This document shows positions 10,058 through 20,424 of a DNA stretch of 64,000 bases, one piece after another. Both the position numbers and the translations under genes were made by a program. The notes below the pieces were generated by a model, which saw only the letters and a list, made by a program, of their open reading frames with translations, did no database searches and was not told where the DNA came from. Source of the stretch: Escherichia coli (lineage in GTDB: Bacteria; Pseudomonadota; Gammaproteobacteria; Enterobacterales; Enterobacteriaceae); assembly GCF_011045215.1 (NCBI RefSeq), contig NZ_CP049201.1; one strand, 5' to 3'. How positions within the stretch are numbered: the first letter of the stretch is position 1; each line of letters begins with the position of its first letter.

Positions 10058-11746
10058 TTAGTTCACATCACGACTCATTTTTTTCGCTCTCACCGGCATC
10101 CCATTTGCCACAAAATATCCCGCCGTGCTCCTCGGCAACGCTTCCTGTCCACGAATCATGTCCGCTATTTTCTCGCCAATCATAATTGTCGTGGCGTTCA
10201 AATTCCCGGTGATAATCTGCGGCATAATTGACGCATCCACCACGCGCAGGCCTTCCAGCCCATGCACGCGGCCTTCGCCGTCAACCACGGACATCTCGTC
10301 GTAGCCCATTTTGCAGGTACCGCACGGATGGAAGGCGGTTTCGGCGTGATTACGCACGAACTCATCGAGCTGCTCATCCGTCTGACATTCCGTGCCGGGG
10401 CTGATTTCGCGGCCACGATACTGATCCAGCGCTGGTTGATGCATGATCTCGCGGGTGATGCGAATTGCGTCGCGGAACTCCTGCCAGTCCTGCTCGTGCG
10501 ACATGTAGTTAAACAGAATCGCCGGATGCTGGTGCGGGTCGCGGGATTTAATCCGCACATGCCCACGGCTTGGCGAGCGCATCGATCCGACGTGGCACTG
10601 GAAGCCGTGCTCTTTCACTGCATTCGAGCCGTTATAGTTAATCGCTACTGGCAGGAAATGGTACTGAATATTCGGCCACGCAAATTCCTCTCGGCTGCGA
10701 ATAAATCCGCCTGCTTCAAAGTGGTTGCTGGCACCAACGCCGGTGCCGCCAAACAGCCACTCCGCACCGATTTTCGGCTGATTCCACCACTGCAGGGCAG
10801 GGTAGAGGGAAACCGGTTCTTTGCACTCATATTGCAGATACATCTCCAGGTGATCCTGAAGATTTTCGCCGACGCCGGGTAAATCATGCACCAGCGGAAT
10901 ATCAAACTCCGCCAGCAGTTCAGCGCTACCCACGCCGGAACGTTGCAGGATCTGCGGAGAGGCGATCGCACCTGCACATAACAGCACCTCTTTATTCGCT
11001 GTCGCGCGGGTTGGAATGGTGCTGTCGCCTTCCTGCCACTCGACGCCCACCGCGCGTTTGCCGTCAAAAATGATGTGATCGGTCATAGCGTGAGTACGAA
11101 TGGTCAGGTTAGGGCGCGATTTGGCCTGATCGAGATAACCGCGCGCGGTACTGGCGCGACGGCCCTGCGGCGTGACGGTGCGATCCATCGGGCCAAAACC
11201 TTCCTGCTGATAGCCGTTGAGATCGTCCGTGCGCGGGTAGCCTGCCTGCACGCCCGCTTCAATCATCGCTTCAAACAGCGGATTGACGCCGGGTTTGGAG
11301 GTGGTGACGCTCACCGGGCCATCACCGCCGTGATAGTCGTTATCACCAATATCGCGCGTCTCGGCCTTGCGATAGTAGGGCAGGCAATCGAGATAGCTCC
11401 AGTTCTCCAGGCCGGGTTCTTTCGCCCAGTTGTCGAGATCCAGCGCGTTGCCACGGATGTAGCACATGCCGTTGATCAGCGACGATCCACCCAGGCCTTT
11501 ACCGCGTCCGCACTCCATGCGGCGGTTATTCATAAACGGTTCAGGTTCCGTTTCATAGGCCCAGTTGTAGCGTTTACCCTGTAGCGGGAATGCCAGGGCA
11601 GCGGGCATCTGGGTGCGGAAGTCAAAGCGATAGTCCGGGCCGCCCGCTTCAAGCAGCAGCACGGAGGTATTCGGATCTTCAGTCAGACGGGTAGCGAGAA
11701 CGTTGCCGGCTGAGCCGGCACCAATAATGATGTAGTCAAATTGCAA
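10058..11746 (-). CDS. betA: Choline dehydrogenase (GMC oxidoreductase, FAD)
   Basis: ORF 10058..11791; N-terminal FAD fold [18 protein letters not shown]. The position matching the canonical N-terminus (xQFDYIIIG) is TTG here, 5 nt after AGGAGG. C-terminus ...[10 protein letters not shown]. Confidence 0.9.
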   Translation of the reverse strand: MQFDYIIIGAGSAGNVLATRLTEDPNTSVLLLEAGGPDYRFDFRTQMPAALAFPLQGKRYNWAYETEPEPFMNNRRMECGRGKGLGGSSLINGMCYIRGNALDLDNWAKEPGLENWSYLDCLPYYRKAETRDIGDNDYHGGDGPVSVTTSKPGVNPLFEAMIEAGVQAGYPRTDDLNGYQQEGFGPMDRTVTPQGRRASTARGYLDQAKSRPNLTIRTHAMTDHIIFDGKRAVGVEWQEGDSTIPTRATANKEVLLCAGAIASPQILQRSGVGSAELLAEFDIPLVHDLPGVGENLQDHLEMYLQYECKEPVSLYPALQWWNQPKIGAEWLFGGTGVGASNHFEAGGFIRSREEFAWPNIQYHFLPVAINYNGSNAVKEHGFQCHVGSMRSPSRGHVRIKSRDPHQHPAILFNYMSHEQDWQEFRDAIRITREIMHQPALDQYRGREISPGTECQTDEQLDEFVRNHAETAFHPCGTCKMGYDEMSVVDGEGRVHGLEGLRVVDASIMPQIITGNLNATTIMIGEKIADMIRGQEALPRSTAGYFVANGMPVRAKKMSRDVN

Positions 11747-11759
11747 ATAAACCTCCTGG

Positions 11760-13232
11760 TTAGAATATGGACTGAAATTTAGCCATCTCAACCTGGATGG
11801 ACTTCACCTGGGTGTAACTCTGGAGCGTCATCACGCCGTTCTCGCGACCAATGCCGGAGTGTTTGTAGCCGCCAACGGGCATCTCTGCCGGGGATTCGCC
11901 CCAGGTGTTGATCCAGCAAATACCCGCTTCCAGCTGATGAATGACGCGATGCGCGCGGTTCAGGTCCGCCGTCACGATGCCCGCCGCCAGGCCGTAGTCG
12001 GTATCGTTAGCGCGGCGAATGACTTCGTCTTCCGACTCGTAGGTCAGAATGGACATCACTGGCCCGAAGATCTCTTCACGCACGATGGTCATATCGTCGC
12101 TGCAATCGGTGAACACTGTCGGTGCAACCCATGCGCCGTTATCGAAGCCATCGCCTTTCAGTACATCGCCGCCGCACAGTACGCGCGCGCCTTCCTCTTT
12201 GCCTTTGGCGATATAGCGCAGCACGTTATCGCGATGCGGGAAGCTGACCAGCGGGCCGAAGTTAGTTTGCGGATCGAAAACGTCGCCCGCGCGAATGCGC
12301 TCAACGCGCGCCAGAATTTTCTGCTCAAATGCGGCTTTGCATTTCGCCGGAACGAAGACGCGGGTGCCATTGGTACACACCTGACCGGAGCTGAAGAAGT
12401 TTGCCATCATGGCGATATCGGCGGCGAGATCGAGATCCGCATCATCGAAAACGATCAGCGGTGATTTACCGCCCAGTTCCATGGTCACTTCTTTCAGGGA
12501 AGAGGCCGCCGAGTTAGCCATCACTTTTTTGCCGCTGGCGACACCGCCGGTAAATGACACTTTGGCAATGCCCGGATGCTCGGTCAGATATTGCCCGGTC
12601 TCCGCGCCCACGCCCGGCAACACGTTAAATACGCCGTCCGGCAGGCCCGCTTCGCTGTAAATTTCAGCCAGCTTTAACGCGGTAAGCGGGGTGACTTCGC
12701 TCGGTTTGAAAATCATTGCGTTGCCTGCCGCCAGCGCCGGGGCGGATTTCCACAGGGCAATCTGGATCGGGTAGTTCCATGCGCCAATCCCCGCCACCAC
12801 GCCCAGCGGTTCGCGGCGGGTATAAACAAATGACGTCTCACGCAACGGGATCTGGCTGCCTTCCAGCGCCGGGATCAGCCCGGCGTAGTACTCCAGCACG
12901 TCCGCACCGGTAACGATATCGACGGTTGAGGTTTCCGAATATGCTTTTCCGGTATCGAGGGTTTCCAGTTTTGCGAGTTCGTCATTGCGTTCACGTAGAA
13001 TATCAACGGCCCGACGCAGAATACGCGAGCGTTCCATAGCGGTCATCGCCGCCCAGATTTTTTGCCCCTGTTGGGCACTCTTCACGGCGCGATCGACATC
13101 CTCGCGCCCGGCGGCCTGCACGGTCGCCAGCACGTTACCGTTGGCCGGGTTAATGGTCTCGAAGGTGCGACCGCTGGTGGCGGAGGTATAACCACCATGT
13201 ATATAAAGCTGCTGTTCTGCCATTCGGGACAT
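11760..13232 (-). CDS. betB: Betaine-aldehyde dehydrogenase (NAD-dependent ALDH)
   Basis: ORF 11760..13235; start at second ATG ([15 protein letters not shown]), 490 aa; ALDH catalytic motifs ([20 protein letters not shown]). Confidence 0.95.
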   Translation of the reverse strand: MSRMAEQQLYIHGGYTSATSGRTFETINPANGNVLATVQAAGREDVDRAVKSAQQGQKIWAAMTAMERSRILRRAVDILRERNDELAKLETLDTGKAYSETSTVDIVTGADVLEYYAGLIPALEGSQIPLRETSFVYTRREPLGVVAGIGAWNYPIQIALWKSAPALAAGNAMIFKPSEVTPLTALKLAEIYSEAGLPDGVFNVLPGVGAETGQYLTEHPGIAKVSFTGGVASGKKVMANSAASSLKEVTMELGGKSPLIVFDDADLDLAADIAMMANFFSSGQVCTNGTRVFVPAKCKAAFEQKILARVERIRAGDVFDPQTNFGPLVSFPHRDNVLRYIAKGKEEGARVLCGGDVLKGDGFDNGAWVAPTVFTDCSDDMTIVREEIFGPVMSILTYESEDEVIRRANDTDYGLAAGIVTADLNRAHRVIHQLEAGICWINTWGESPAEMPVGGYKHSGIGRENGVMTLQSYTQVKSIQVEMAKFQSIF

Positions 13233-13245
13233 CACGTCTCCTCGG

Positions 13246-13833
13246 TTAATCGGTGGGTAAATGCTGAGTAATAAAGTGACGGGTCAGCGAGTGTGCGAGA
13301 GGTTTATCCAGCGGTTTGCCGCTCAGTGCCGCGCGCAGCCATAATCCGTCAATCAGCGCGGCAAGGCCGTAGCCCGCTTCCTGTGCCTGGTGGCGCGGCA
13401 ATTCGCGGCGAAACTCGCTCACCAGATTCGACAATAAGCGGCGGCTACTGACCTGCTGCAAGCGATAGAGCATCGGCTGATGCATACTGCTGGCCCAGAA
13501 CGCCAGCCAGGCTTTCATCGCCGCACTGCTCACCTGCGTTTCATCGAAGTTTCCGCCAACAATCGCCTGTAATCGCTGCTCTGCACTGCCCTGCGGAAGT
13601 GCATGTAATCGATTCAAAACCGCGTCACGCAGCTGACTGGTGATATCGCGCATGGTTGCTTCCAGCAGACCATTTTTGTCCCTGAAATAGTGGCTGATGA
13701 TCCCCGTAGAAACGCCTGCACGGCGGGCGATCTGCGCGATCGTTGCATCGTGCATGCCCACTTCATTTATTGCTTCCAGTGTGGCGTCGATCAGTTGTCT
13801 GCGCCGGATCGACTGCATCCCCAATTTGGGCAT
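13246..13833 (-). CDS. betI: TetR-family repressor BetI
   Basis: ORF 13246..13851; start at ATG 13833 ([24 protein letters not shown]), 195 aa; TetR HTH. Confidence 0.9.
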
Positions 13834-13877
13834 TTTCGCCACTCCATTCATCAGCGTTGTTTATCTATTAAAGCGGT

Positions 13878-13899
13878 TATTGATTGGACGTTCAATATA
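13878..13899. promoter_or_regulatory. Candidate BetI operator in the betI/betT divergent promoter region
   Basis: Imperfect dyad tATTGAttggACGTtCAATat centred on ACGT, between the divergent betI and betT starts. Assignment to BetI is inference. Confidence 0.35.
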
Positions 13900-13961
13900 A
13901 AATGTGTCTTAATTGTTACGAATTTGATTTTAAATGGTAACAATAACAGTGGGGATACTGG

Positions 13962-15995
13962 ATGACAGACCTTTCACACAGCAGGGAAAAGGACAAAATC
14001 AATCCGGTGGTGTTTTACACCTCCGCCGGACTGATTTTGTTGTTTTCCCTGACAACGATCCTGTTTCGCGACTTCTCGGCCCTGTGGATTGGCCGCACGC
14101 TGGACTGGGTTTCTAAAACCTTCGGTTGGTACTATCTGCTGGCGGCAACGCTCTATATTGTCTTTGTGGTCTGTATCGCTTGTTCGCGTTTTGGTTCGGT
14201 GAAGCTCGGGCCAGAACAATCCAAACCGGAATTCAGCCTGCTGAGTTGGGCGGCGATGCTGTTTGCTGCCGGGATCGGTATCGATCTGATGTTCTTTTCC
14301 GTAGCCGAACCGGTAACGCAGTATATGCAGCCGCCGGAAGGCGCGGGACAGACGATTGAGGCCGCGCGTCAGGCGATGGTCTGGACGCTGTTTCACTACG
14401 GCTTAACCGGCTGGTCGATGTATGCGCTGATGGGCATGGCGCTCGGATACTTTAGCTATCGTTATAATTTGCCGCTCACCATCCGCTCGGCGCTGTACCC
14501 GATCTTCGGTAAACGGATTAACGGGCCGATAGGTCACTCAGTGGATATTGCGGCGGTGATCGGCACTATCTTCGGTATTGCCACTACGCTCGGTATCGGT
14601 GTGGTGCAGCTTAACTATGGCTTGAGCGTACTGTTTGATATTCCCGATTCGATGGCGGCAAAAGCGGCACTGATCGCCTTGTCGGTGATAATCGCCACTA
14701 TCTCGGTGACATCCGGTGTCGATAAGGGCATTCGCGTGTTATCGGAACTTAACGTTGCGCTGGCGCTGGGGCTGATCCTGTTCGTGTTGTTTATGGGCGA
14801 CACTTCGTTCCTGCTTAATGCACTGGTGCTGAATGTTGGCGACTATGTGAATCGCTTTATGGGCATGACGCTCAACAGTTTTGCCTTCGACCGTCCAGTT
14901 GAGTGGATGAATAACTGGACGCTCTTCTTCTGGGCATGGTGGGTGGCATGGTCGCCGTTTGTCGGCTTGTTCCTGGCGCGTATCTCGCGTGGGCGTACCA
15001 TTCGCCAGTTCGTGCTGGGCACGTTGATTATTCCGTTTACCTTCACGCTGTTATGGCTCTCGGTGTTCGGCAATAGCGCGCTGTATGAAATCATCCACGG
15101 CGGCGCGGCATTTGCCGAGGAAGCGATGGTCCATCCGGAGCGCGGCTTCTACAGCCTGCTGGCGCAGTATCCGGCGTTTACCTTTAGCGCCTCTGTCGCC
15201 ACCATTACTGGCCTGCTGTTTTATGTGACCTCGGCGGACTCCGGGGCGCTGGTGCTGGGGAATTTCACCTCGCAGCTTAAAGATATCAACAGCGACGCCC
15301 CCGGCTGGCTGCGCGTCTTCTGGTCGGTGGCGATTGGCCTGCTGACGCTCGGCATGCTGATGACCAACGGGATATCCGCGCTGCAAAACACCACGGTGAT
15401 TATGGGGCTGCCGTTCAGCTTTGTGATCTTCTTCGTGATGGCGGGGTTGTATAAATCTCTGAAGGTAGAAGATTACCGCCGTGAAAGTGCCAACCGCGAT
15501 ACCGCACCGCGACCGCTGGGGCTTCAGGATCGCCTGAGCTGGAAAAAACGTCTCTCGCGCCTGATGAATTATCCGGGCACGCGTTACACTAAACAGATGA
15601 TGGAGACGGTCTGTTACCCGGCAATGGAAGAAGTGGCGCAGGAGTTGCGGTTGCGCGGCGCGTACGTGGAGCTAAAAAGCCTGCCACCGGAAGAGGGACA
15701 GCAGTTGGGTCATCTGGATTTGTTGGTGCATATGGGCGAAGAGCAAAACTTTGTCTATCAGATTTGGCCGCAGCAATATTCGGTGCCGGGCTTTACCTAC
15801 CGCGCACGAAGCGGTAAATCGACCTACTACCGGCTGGAAACCTTCCTGTTAGAAGGCAGCCAGGGCAACGACCTGATGGACTACAGCAAAGAGCAGGTGA
15901 TCACCGATATTCTTGACCAGTACGAGCGGCACCTTAACTTTATTCATCTCCATCGTGAAGCGCCGGGCCATAGCGTGATGTTCCCGGACGCGTGA
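13962..15995 (+). CDS. betT: High-affinity choline transporter (BCCT family)
   Basis: 677-aa ORF, multi-pass membrane protein with long hydrophilic C-terminal tail; divergent from betIBA. Confidence 0.95.
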   Translation: MTDLSHSREKDKINPVVFYTSAGLILLFSLTTILFRDFSALWIGRTLDWVSKTFGWYYLLAATLYIVFVVCIACSRFGSVKLGPEQSKPEFSLLSWAAMLFAAGIGIDLMFFSVAEPVTQYMQPPEGAGQTIEAARQAMVWTLFHYGLTGWSMYALMGMALGYFSYRYNLPLTIRSALYPIFGKRINGPIGHSVDIAAVIGTIFGIATTLGIGVVQLNYGLSVLFDIPDSMAAKAALIALSVIIATISVTSGVDKGIRVLSELNVALALGLILFVLFMGDTSFLLNALVLNVGDYVNRFMGMTLNSFAFDRPVEWMNNWTLFFWAWWVAWSPFVGLFLARISRGRTIRQFVLGTLIIPFTFTLLWLSVFGNSALYEIIHGGAAFAEEAMVHPERGFYSLLAQYPAFTFSASVATITGLLFYVTSADSGALVLGNFTSQLKDINSDAPGWLRVFWSVAIGLLTLGMLMTNGISALQNTTVIMGLPFSFVIFFVMAGLYKSLKVEDYRRESANRDTAPRPLGLQDRLSWKKRLSRLMNYPGTRYTKQMMETVCYPAMEEVAQELRLRGAYVELKSLPPEEGQQLGHLDLLVHMGEEQNFVYQIWPQQYSVPGFTYRARSGKSTYYRLETFLLEGSQGNDLMDYSKEQVITDILDQYERHLNFIHLHREAPGHSVMFPDA

Positions 15996-16008
15996 TTGTT
16001 ATTGCATA

Positions 16009-16046
16009 AAACCGCGCCATGTTTGCATATGGCGCGGTTTCTCTTA
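16009..16046 (+). terminator. Candidate intrinsic terminator downstream of betT
   Basis: aaaccgcgccat / atggcgcggttt 12-bp GC-rich stem with 8-nt loop, followed by ctcttacc (weak U-tract). Confidence 0.5.
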
Positions 16047-16870
16047 CCTCTTGATACGTTATATCTGTACGGTTAAGCCCTTAGTATCGATTGATGATTG
16101 CCAGGCAACAGATAATAAAAAAGAAAAGAACTATTGAAGCCCAAAACCTACATTTGGACTGTTGTGAATGTTCAATAAGCTTAGTCTTATTTAATGTAAA
16201 TATTGGTGCTAATTTGAAATGACGCTTTATTCATGGGGAACGCGTAGCGCAAATCAACTAAAATCAATGTAACCGTTTGTTGTTTAAGGTTTAATTGTCT
16301 GTGTCTGATATTTTATTGATTGTTTTAAATATTGTTTTTATTGTCATTGTTATAATGTTGGCTATCTATTGCTGAATGGATTCAGTCTTAAAAGGCAGGT
16401 TGTTAAGGGATAGGCATAGAGTAATGACGTGTATGCATAACCAACATCTTTACTCATTATGTCATTGAATGTTGACGCTATGTGTTTATGAGGTTGAGGT
16501 ATTTTCAGTTGATCTGGATTGTTAAATTCATATAATGCGCCTTTACTCATGAGTGGGCATCAATACGTAGTGGGAAATTATAAATATCGAAATAGTCCAA
16601 CTACTTCTTCATTACCAAAAATGAGTATCTGAATTTTAATATTGCATTCTTGCGTGATTATCTCCTGAGTTTGACTTGTGATTACCTTTTTAAGGTATTT
16701 AGCGTAACTGTTTTTGAGCGAGCATCAGAGGTAAAGATAATCTTCTTGATAGTGATGTGGGATGTTATACGTATGGCATCGCTAATGTTTATGGTTACCC
16801 CTTATGTGTGCTCAGGAATCCACAGGTAATCACTCATACTGAACAGCGATAAAAGATAAAAGGTGTGTTC

Positions 16871-17959
16871 ATGAATTCATGTGATTTTCGTGTTTTTCTG
16901 CAAGAGTTCGGTACAACGGTTCATTTGTCATTGCCTGGTAGCGTATCCGAGAAAGAACGACTGCTACTCAAGCTGCTGATGCAGGGAATGTCTGTAACAG
17001 AAATATCACAGTACAGAAATCGCAGTGCAAAGACAATTTCACATCAAAAGAAACAGCTCTTTGAGAAACTGGGGATTCAGAGCGATATTACTTTCTGGCG
17101 CGATATTTTCTTTCAGTACAATCCGGAGATCATATCCGCCACGGGTAGTAATAGTCATAGATATATTAATGATAATCACTATCACCATATCGTCACGCCT
17201 GAAGCCATCAGTCTGGCGTTGGAAGACCACGAATTCAAACCGTGGATCCAACCGGTTTTCTGCGCGCAGACTGGGGTACTGACGGGCTGTGAGGTGCTTG
17301 TCCGCTGGGAACATCCACAAACGGGAATTATCCCACCGGATCAGTTTATTCCTCTGGCGGAGTCATCCGGTCTTATTGTCATAATGACCCGCCAACTGAT
17401 GAAACAGACTGCGGATATTCTGATGCCGGTAAAACATTTGCTGCCGGATAATTTCCATATTGGTATCAACGTCTCGGCGGGTTGTTTTTTGGCCGCGGGA
17501 TTTGAAAAAGAATGCCTGAATCTGGTCAAGAAATTAGGAAACGATAAAATCAAACTGGTTCTCGAGCTAACGGAACGTAACCCTATTCCGGTAACGCCAG
17601 AAGCCAGAGCGATATTTGACAGCCTTCATCAGCACAACATTACCTTTGCGCTGGATGACTTTGGTACGGGTTATGCGACCTATCGTTATCTGCAGGCGTT
17701 TCCGGTCGATTTTATTAAGATCGATAAGTCATTTGTGCAAATGGCGAGTGTCGACGAAATCTCCGGTCATATTGTGGACAATATTGTCGAACTGGCGCGT
17801 AAGCCTGGTCTGAGTATCGTAGCGGAAGGGGTAGAGACCCAGGAGCAGGCGGATTTAATGATCGGTAAAGGCGTTCACTTTTTGCAGGGCTATTTGTACT
17901 CCCCGCCAGTTCCGGGTAATAAATTTATCTCTGAATGGGTAATGAAAGCAGGTGGTTGA
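16871..17959 (+). CDS. pdeL: c-di-GMP phosphodiesterase PdeL (LuxR-type HTH + EAL domain)
   Basis: ORF 16865..17959; start at ATG 16871 (MNSCDFRVFLQEF), 362 aa; N-terminal LuxR HTH and C-terminal EAL domain (ELTE, DDFGTGYA). Confidence 0.95.
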   Translation: MNSCDFRVFLQEFGTTVHLSLPGSVSEKERLLLKLLMQGMSVTEISQYRNRSAKTISHQKKQLFEKLGIQSDITFWRDIFFQYNPEIISATGSNSHRYINDNHYHHIVTPEAISLALEDHEFKPWIQPVFCAQTGVLTGCEVLVRWEHPQTGIIPPDQFIPLAESSGLIVIMTRQLMKQTADILMPVKHLLPDNFHIGINVSAGCFLAAGFEKECLNLVKKLGNDKIKLVLELTERNPIPVTPEARAIFDSLHQHNITFALDDFGTGYATYRYLQAFPVDFIKIDKSFVQMASVDEISGHIVDNIVELARKPGLSIVAEGVETQEQADLMIGKGVHFLQGYLYSPPVPGNKFISEWVMKAGG

Positions 17960-18000
17960 TGTAAACCGCTATTCACAGCGCATCGGGAGGTTGGCAGCGA

Positions 18001-18933
18001 TTAATTCTCCCGATGCAGTAAATCCTGATAGATCCCCGTTAATATGCCATTTGGCGCAAATTGTTTTTTAATCCACTGCGTCACCTGACCCGTAGCAGAA
18101 TGCTGAGTCGCCAGCAACATGCGCGAATCCTGGCGCGGATTATGGATTTGTCGGGTAACCAGCAGGGATTGCGCCATCGCCTCACGGACCATGTAATCCG
18201 GCAAAAAACCAATTCCTTCACCTAAAATCTGGCACTGACATTTGGTGTTGAAATCTGGCACCAGAATCGACTCCTGCCCATGCAGCAACCAGCCCACTTT
18301 TTTATTAATCGTATGCGCGGTGTCCTCCACCATAATATTAGGGTAGAGACGCAGTTGGCTTTCGGCGATGGGTTCCGGCACAAAGGCTAACGGGTGATCC
18401 GGGGCGATAGCAAAAGCCCAGCGAATCGCGCCAATTTCAGTGTAATCAATACCGCCGCCGTCCAGTAGTGTATCGGGTGCGCCGATGGCGATATTGGCCT
18501 GATTATTAATAATCGCATCCCAGACGCCGTTATACACTTCGGTCGTCACGGTAATCTGGCAGGTAGGAAACTGCTTTTTCAGCACCTGTAATAAGCGCGC
18601 GGTGTGTTTGGGCGTATAAAGCAGCTGATTAATACAAATGCGCACACGCGCTTCTATGCCCTGCGAAATAGTATCTATGCTACGTTTGATGGCATAAAAA
18701 TCATTCAGCAGGTCGGTAGCTTTGCGGAAAAAATAACGCCCGGACTCGGTTAACTCAATGCTGCGGGTACTGCGAGTGAACAGCACCACATCCAGCCCCG
18801 TCTCCATACGCTTAATGGTGTAGCTAATGGCGGAAGTGGTTAAACCCAACTCTTCTGCGGCTTTACTGAAGCTGCCAAAACGCGCAGCGGTAGTAAATGC
18901 CAACAGATTCTCTTCGGTAAAAATTGAGTTCAT
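18001..18933 (-). CDS. yahB: LysR-family transcriptional regulator
   Basis: ORF 18001..18993; start at ATG 18933 (MNSIFTEENLLAFTTAARFGSFSKAAEELGLTTSAISYTIKRME = LysR HTH), 310 aa. Confidence 0.9.
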   Translation of the reverse strand: MNSIFTEENLLAFTTAARFGSFSKAAEELGLTTSAISYTIKRMETGLDVVLFTRSTRSIELTESGRYFFRKATDLLNDFYAIKRSIDTISQGIEARVRICINQLLYTPKHTARLLQVLKKQFPTCQITVTTEVYNGVWDAIINNQANIAIGAPDTLLDGGGIDYTEIGAIRWAFAIAPDHPLAFVPEPIAESQLRLYPNIMVEDTAHTINKKVGWLLHGQESILVPDFNTKCQCQILGEGIGFLPDYMVREAMAQSLLVTRQIHNPRQDSRMLLATQHSATGQVTQWIKKQFAPNGILTGIYQDLLHREN

Positions 18934-19024
18934 TAAACCATTCCCGCCATTTTCTACTTTAATTTTCTCCAGGCATAACTGTAGAGGTATCAATTAAAGA
19001 TGGGTAATCATTTTTGAATAACTT

Positions 19025-19522
19025 TTAATACCCGTCGCGTTTAGTCGTCGCTTCGCTTAATTTTTGTCCACCATATTCTGAAATTATCCCCACGCAGTTA
19101 CCCGCCAGAAAACCCAGTAACGTCACCGTCCAGTTCATCCCGCTGGCAAAAAACAGCGTCATGCCGAGAAAGCCACCGGGAATAAATGACAGTAACCAGA
19201 AACGCCCTTGCCAGACCACCACCGCCGAGAAGGGGGCGGTAGTAATTACGCTCGCCCAGAACCCAGAAATCCCACTCACCGAGGCCAGCCAACCGGCAGC
19301 CAGCGCGGCGAAAAACGCCCACACCATCCCGGAATAATTAACCGCCAGACTTCTGATAAACCCCGATTTACCGCCGCCTGCGGCATAAAAACTGCAAAAG
19401 GCGACGAAGCCAATGGTTCCTAATAATTCCCATCCCTGAGAGAGCCCGACATGTGAAGACACTAACTGCCAAAGCCCTGCACAAATACCGACGGTGACAC
19501 CCGTTGCCGTGAGTCCGTTCAT
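19025..19522 (-). CDS. yahC: Inner-membrane protein (DUF1097)
   Basis: 165-aa hydrophobic ORF upstream of yahB on the same strand. Confidence 0.85.
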   Translation of the reverse strand: MNGLTATGVTVGICAGLWQLVSSHVGLSQGWELLGTIGFVAFCSFYAAGGGKSGFIRSLAVNYSGMVWAFFAALAAGWLASVSGISGFWASVITTAPFSAVVVWQGRFWLLSFIPGGFLGMTLFFASGMNWTVTLLGFLAGNCVGIISEYGGQKLSEATTKRDGY

Positions 19523-19654
19523 CTTGTTCCCCTCTGGTTAGACATGGACGAAAGCTACTCTTACATGTGCAGACTATAGAGAAATAAAACCTGATTGAGT
19601 GAAAGGGTATCGGGTCAAAGAAACAAATATTGCACTACCGCACACTGCGAAAAG

Positions 19655-19675
19655 ATTGTTGAACATCATTCAACA
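19655..19675. promoter_or_regulatory. Perfect dyad TTGTTGAA-N5-TTCAACAA in the yahC/yahD divergent region; candidate LysR-type (YahB) box
   Basis: 8-bp perfect inverted arms with 5-bp spacer, containing a T-N11-A core, about 100 bp upstream of yahD. Binder is inferred. Confidence 0.4.
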
Positions 19676-19779
19676 AAAAGGCGAAATACGGCGAATTAAA
19701 TTTAAGCGGGTTCTTTTATCAGATTATCGTTGCTATTCTCAATTCATCGAAAACAGCCACAAAAACCAGGGGAATGTGA

Positions 19780-20385
19780 ATGAGTATAAAAAATCTACCT
19801 GCCGACTATTTATTGGCTGCACAACAGGGTGATATCGATAAAGTAAAAACCTGCCTTGCGCTGGGTGTCGATATTAATACCTGCGATCGTCAGGGGAAAA
19901 CGGCAATTACGCTGGCAAGTTTATATCAGCAATATGCTTGCGTTCAGGCATTAATTGATGCCGGAGCGGATATTAATAAACAAGATCATACCTGTTTAAA
20001 TCCTTTTTTAATTAGCTGTCTGAACGATGATTTAACGCTACTACGAATTATTTTACCGGCTAAACCCGATCTTAATTGCGTAACCCGTTTTGGCGGTGTC
20101 GGCCTGACGCCTGCCTGTGAAAAAGGCCATTTAAGTATTGTAAAAGAGCTTTTGGCGCATACGGAAATTAACGTTAACCAGACCAACCATGTAGGCTGGA
20201 CGCCGCTACTGGAAGCGATTGTGCTTAATGATGGTGGTATTAAACAACAGGCGATTGTGCAGTTATTGCTGGAACACGGTGCCAGCCCGCATCTGACCGA
20301 TAAATATGGCAAAACGCCACTGGAACTGGCGCGGGAACGGGGCTTTGACGAGATTGCGCAGTTACTGATTGCCGCAGGCGCATAA
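19780..20385 (+). CDS. yahD: Ankyrin-repeat protein
   Basis: 201-aa ORF with tandem ankyrin repeats (GKTAITLASLYQQYACVQALIDAGADIN; GWTPLLEAIVLND...LLLEHGASPH). Confidence 0.9.
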   Translation: MSIKNLPADYLLAAQQGDIDKVKTCLALGVDINTCDRQGKTAITLASLYQQYACVQALIDAGADINKQDHTCLNPFLISCLNDDLTLLRIILPAKPDLNCVTRFGGVGLTPACEKGHLSIVKELLAHTEINVNQTNHVGWTPLLEAIVLNDGGIKQQAIVQLLLEHGASPHLTDKYGKTPLELARERGFDEIAQLLIAAGA

Positions 20386-20424
20386 ACCGGGAGGCTTGCA
20401 ATCAACACACCAGAAAAACGGTGT

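Noticed and set aside
10198-13271. Numerous 60-200 aa ORFs antisense to or out of frame within betA and betB (for example 10262..10882, 11075..11584, 11859..12464)
   Set aside because: They are embedded in well-supported full-length genes in a GC-rich region where stop-free antisense frames arise by chance. The same applies to the nested ORFs within lacZ, prpR, mhpA, yahF/yahG and others.
16362-16550. 62-aa minus-strand ORF in the betT-pdeL intergenic region
   Set aside because: No convincing Shine-Dalgarno sequence and no recognisable domain; it lies in AT-rich DNA where random ORFs are common. Left unannotated.
19599-19832. 77-aa plus-strand ORF in the yahC-yahD intergenic region, overlapping the yahD start
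   Set aside because: It overlaps the yahD promoter and start region (including the dyad at 19655-19675), has no RBS and no domain; most likely spurious.
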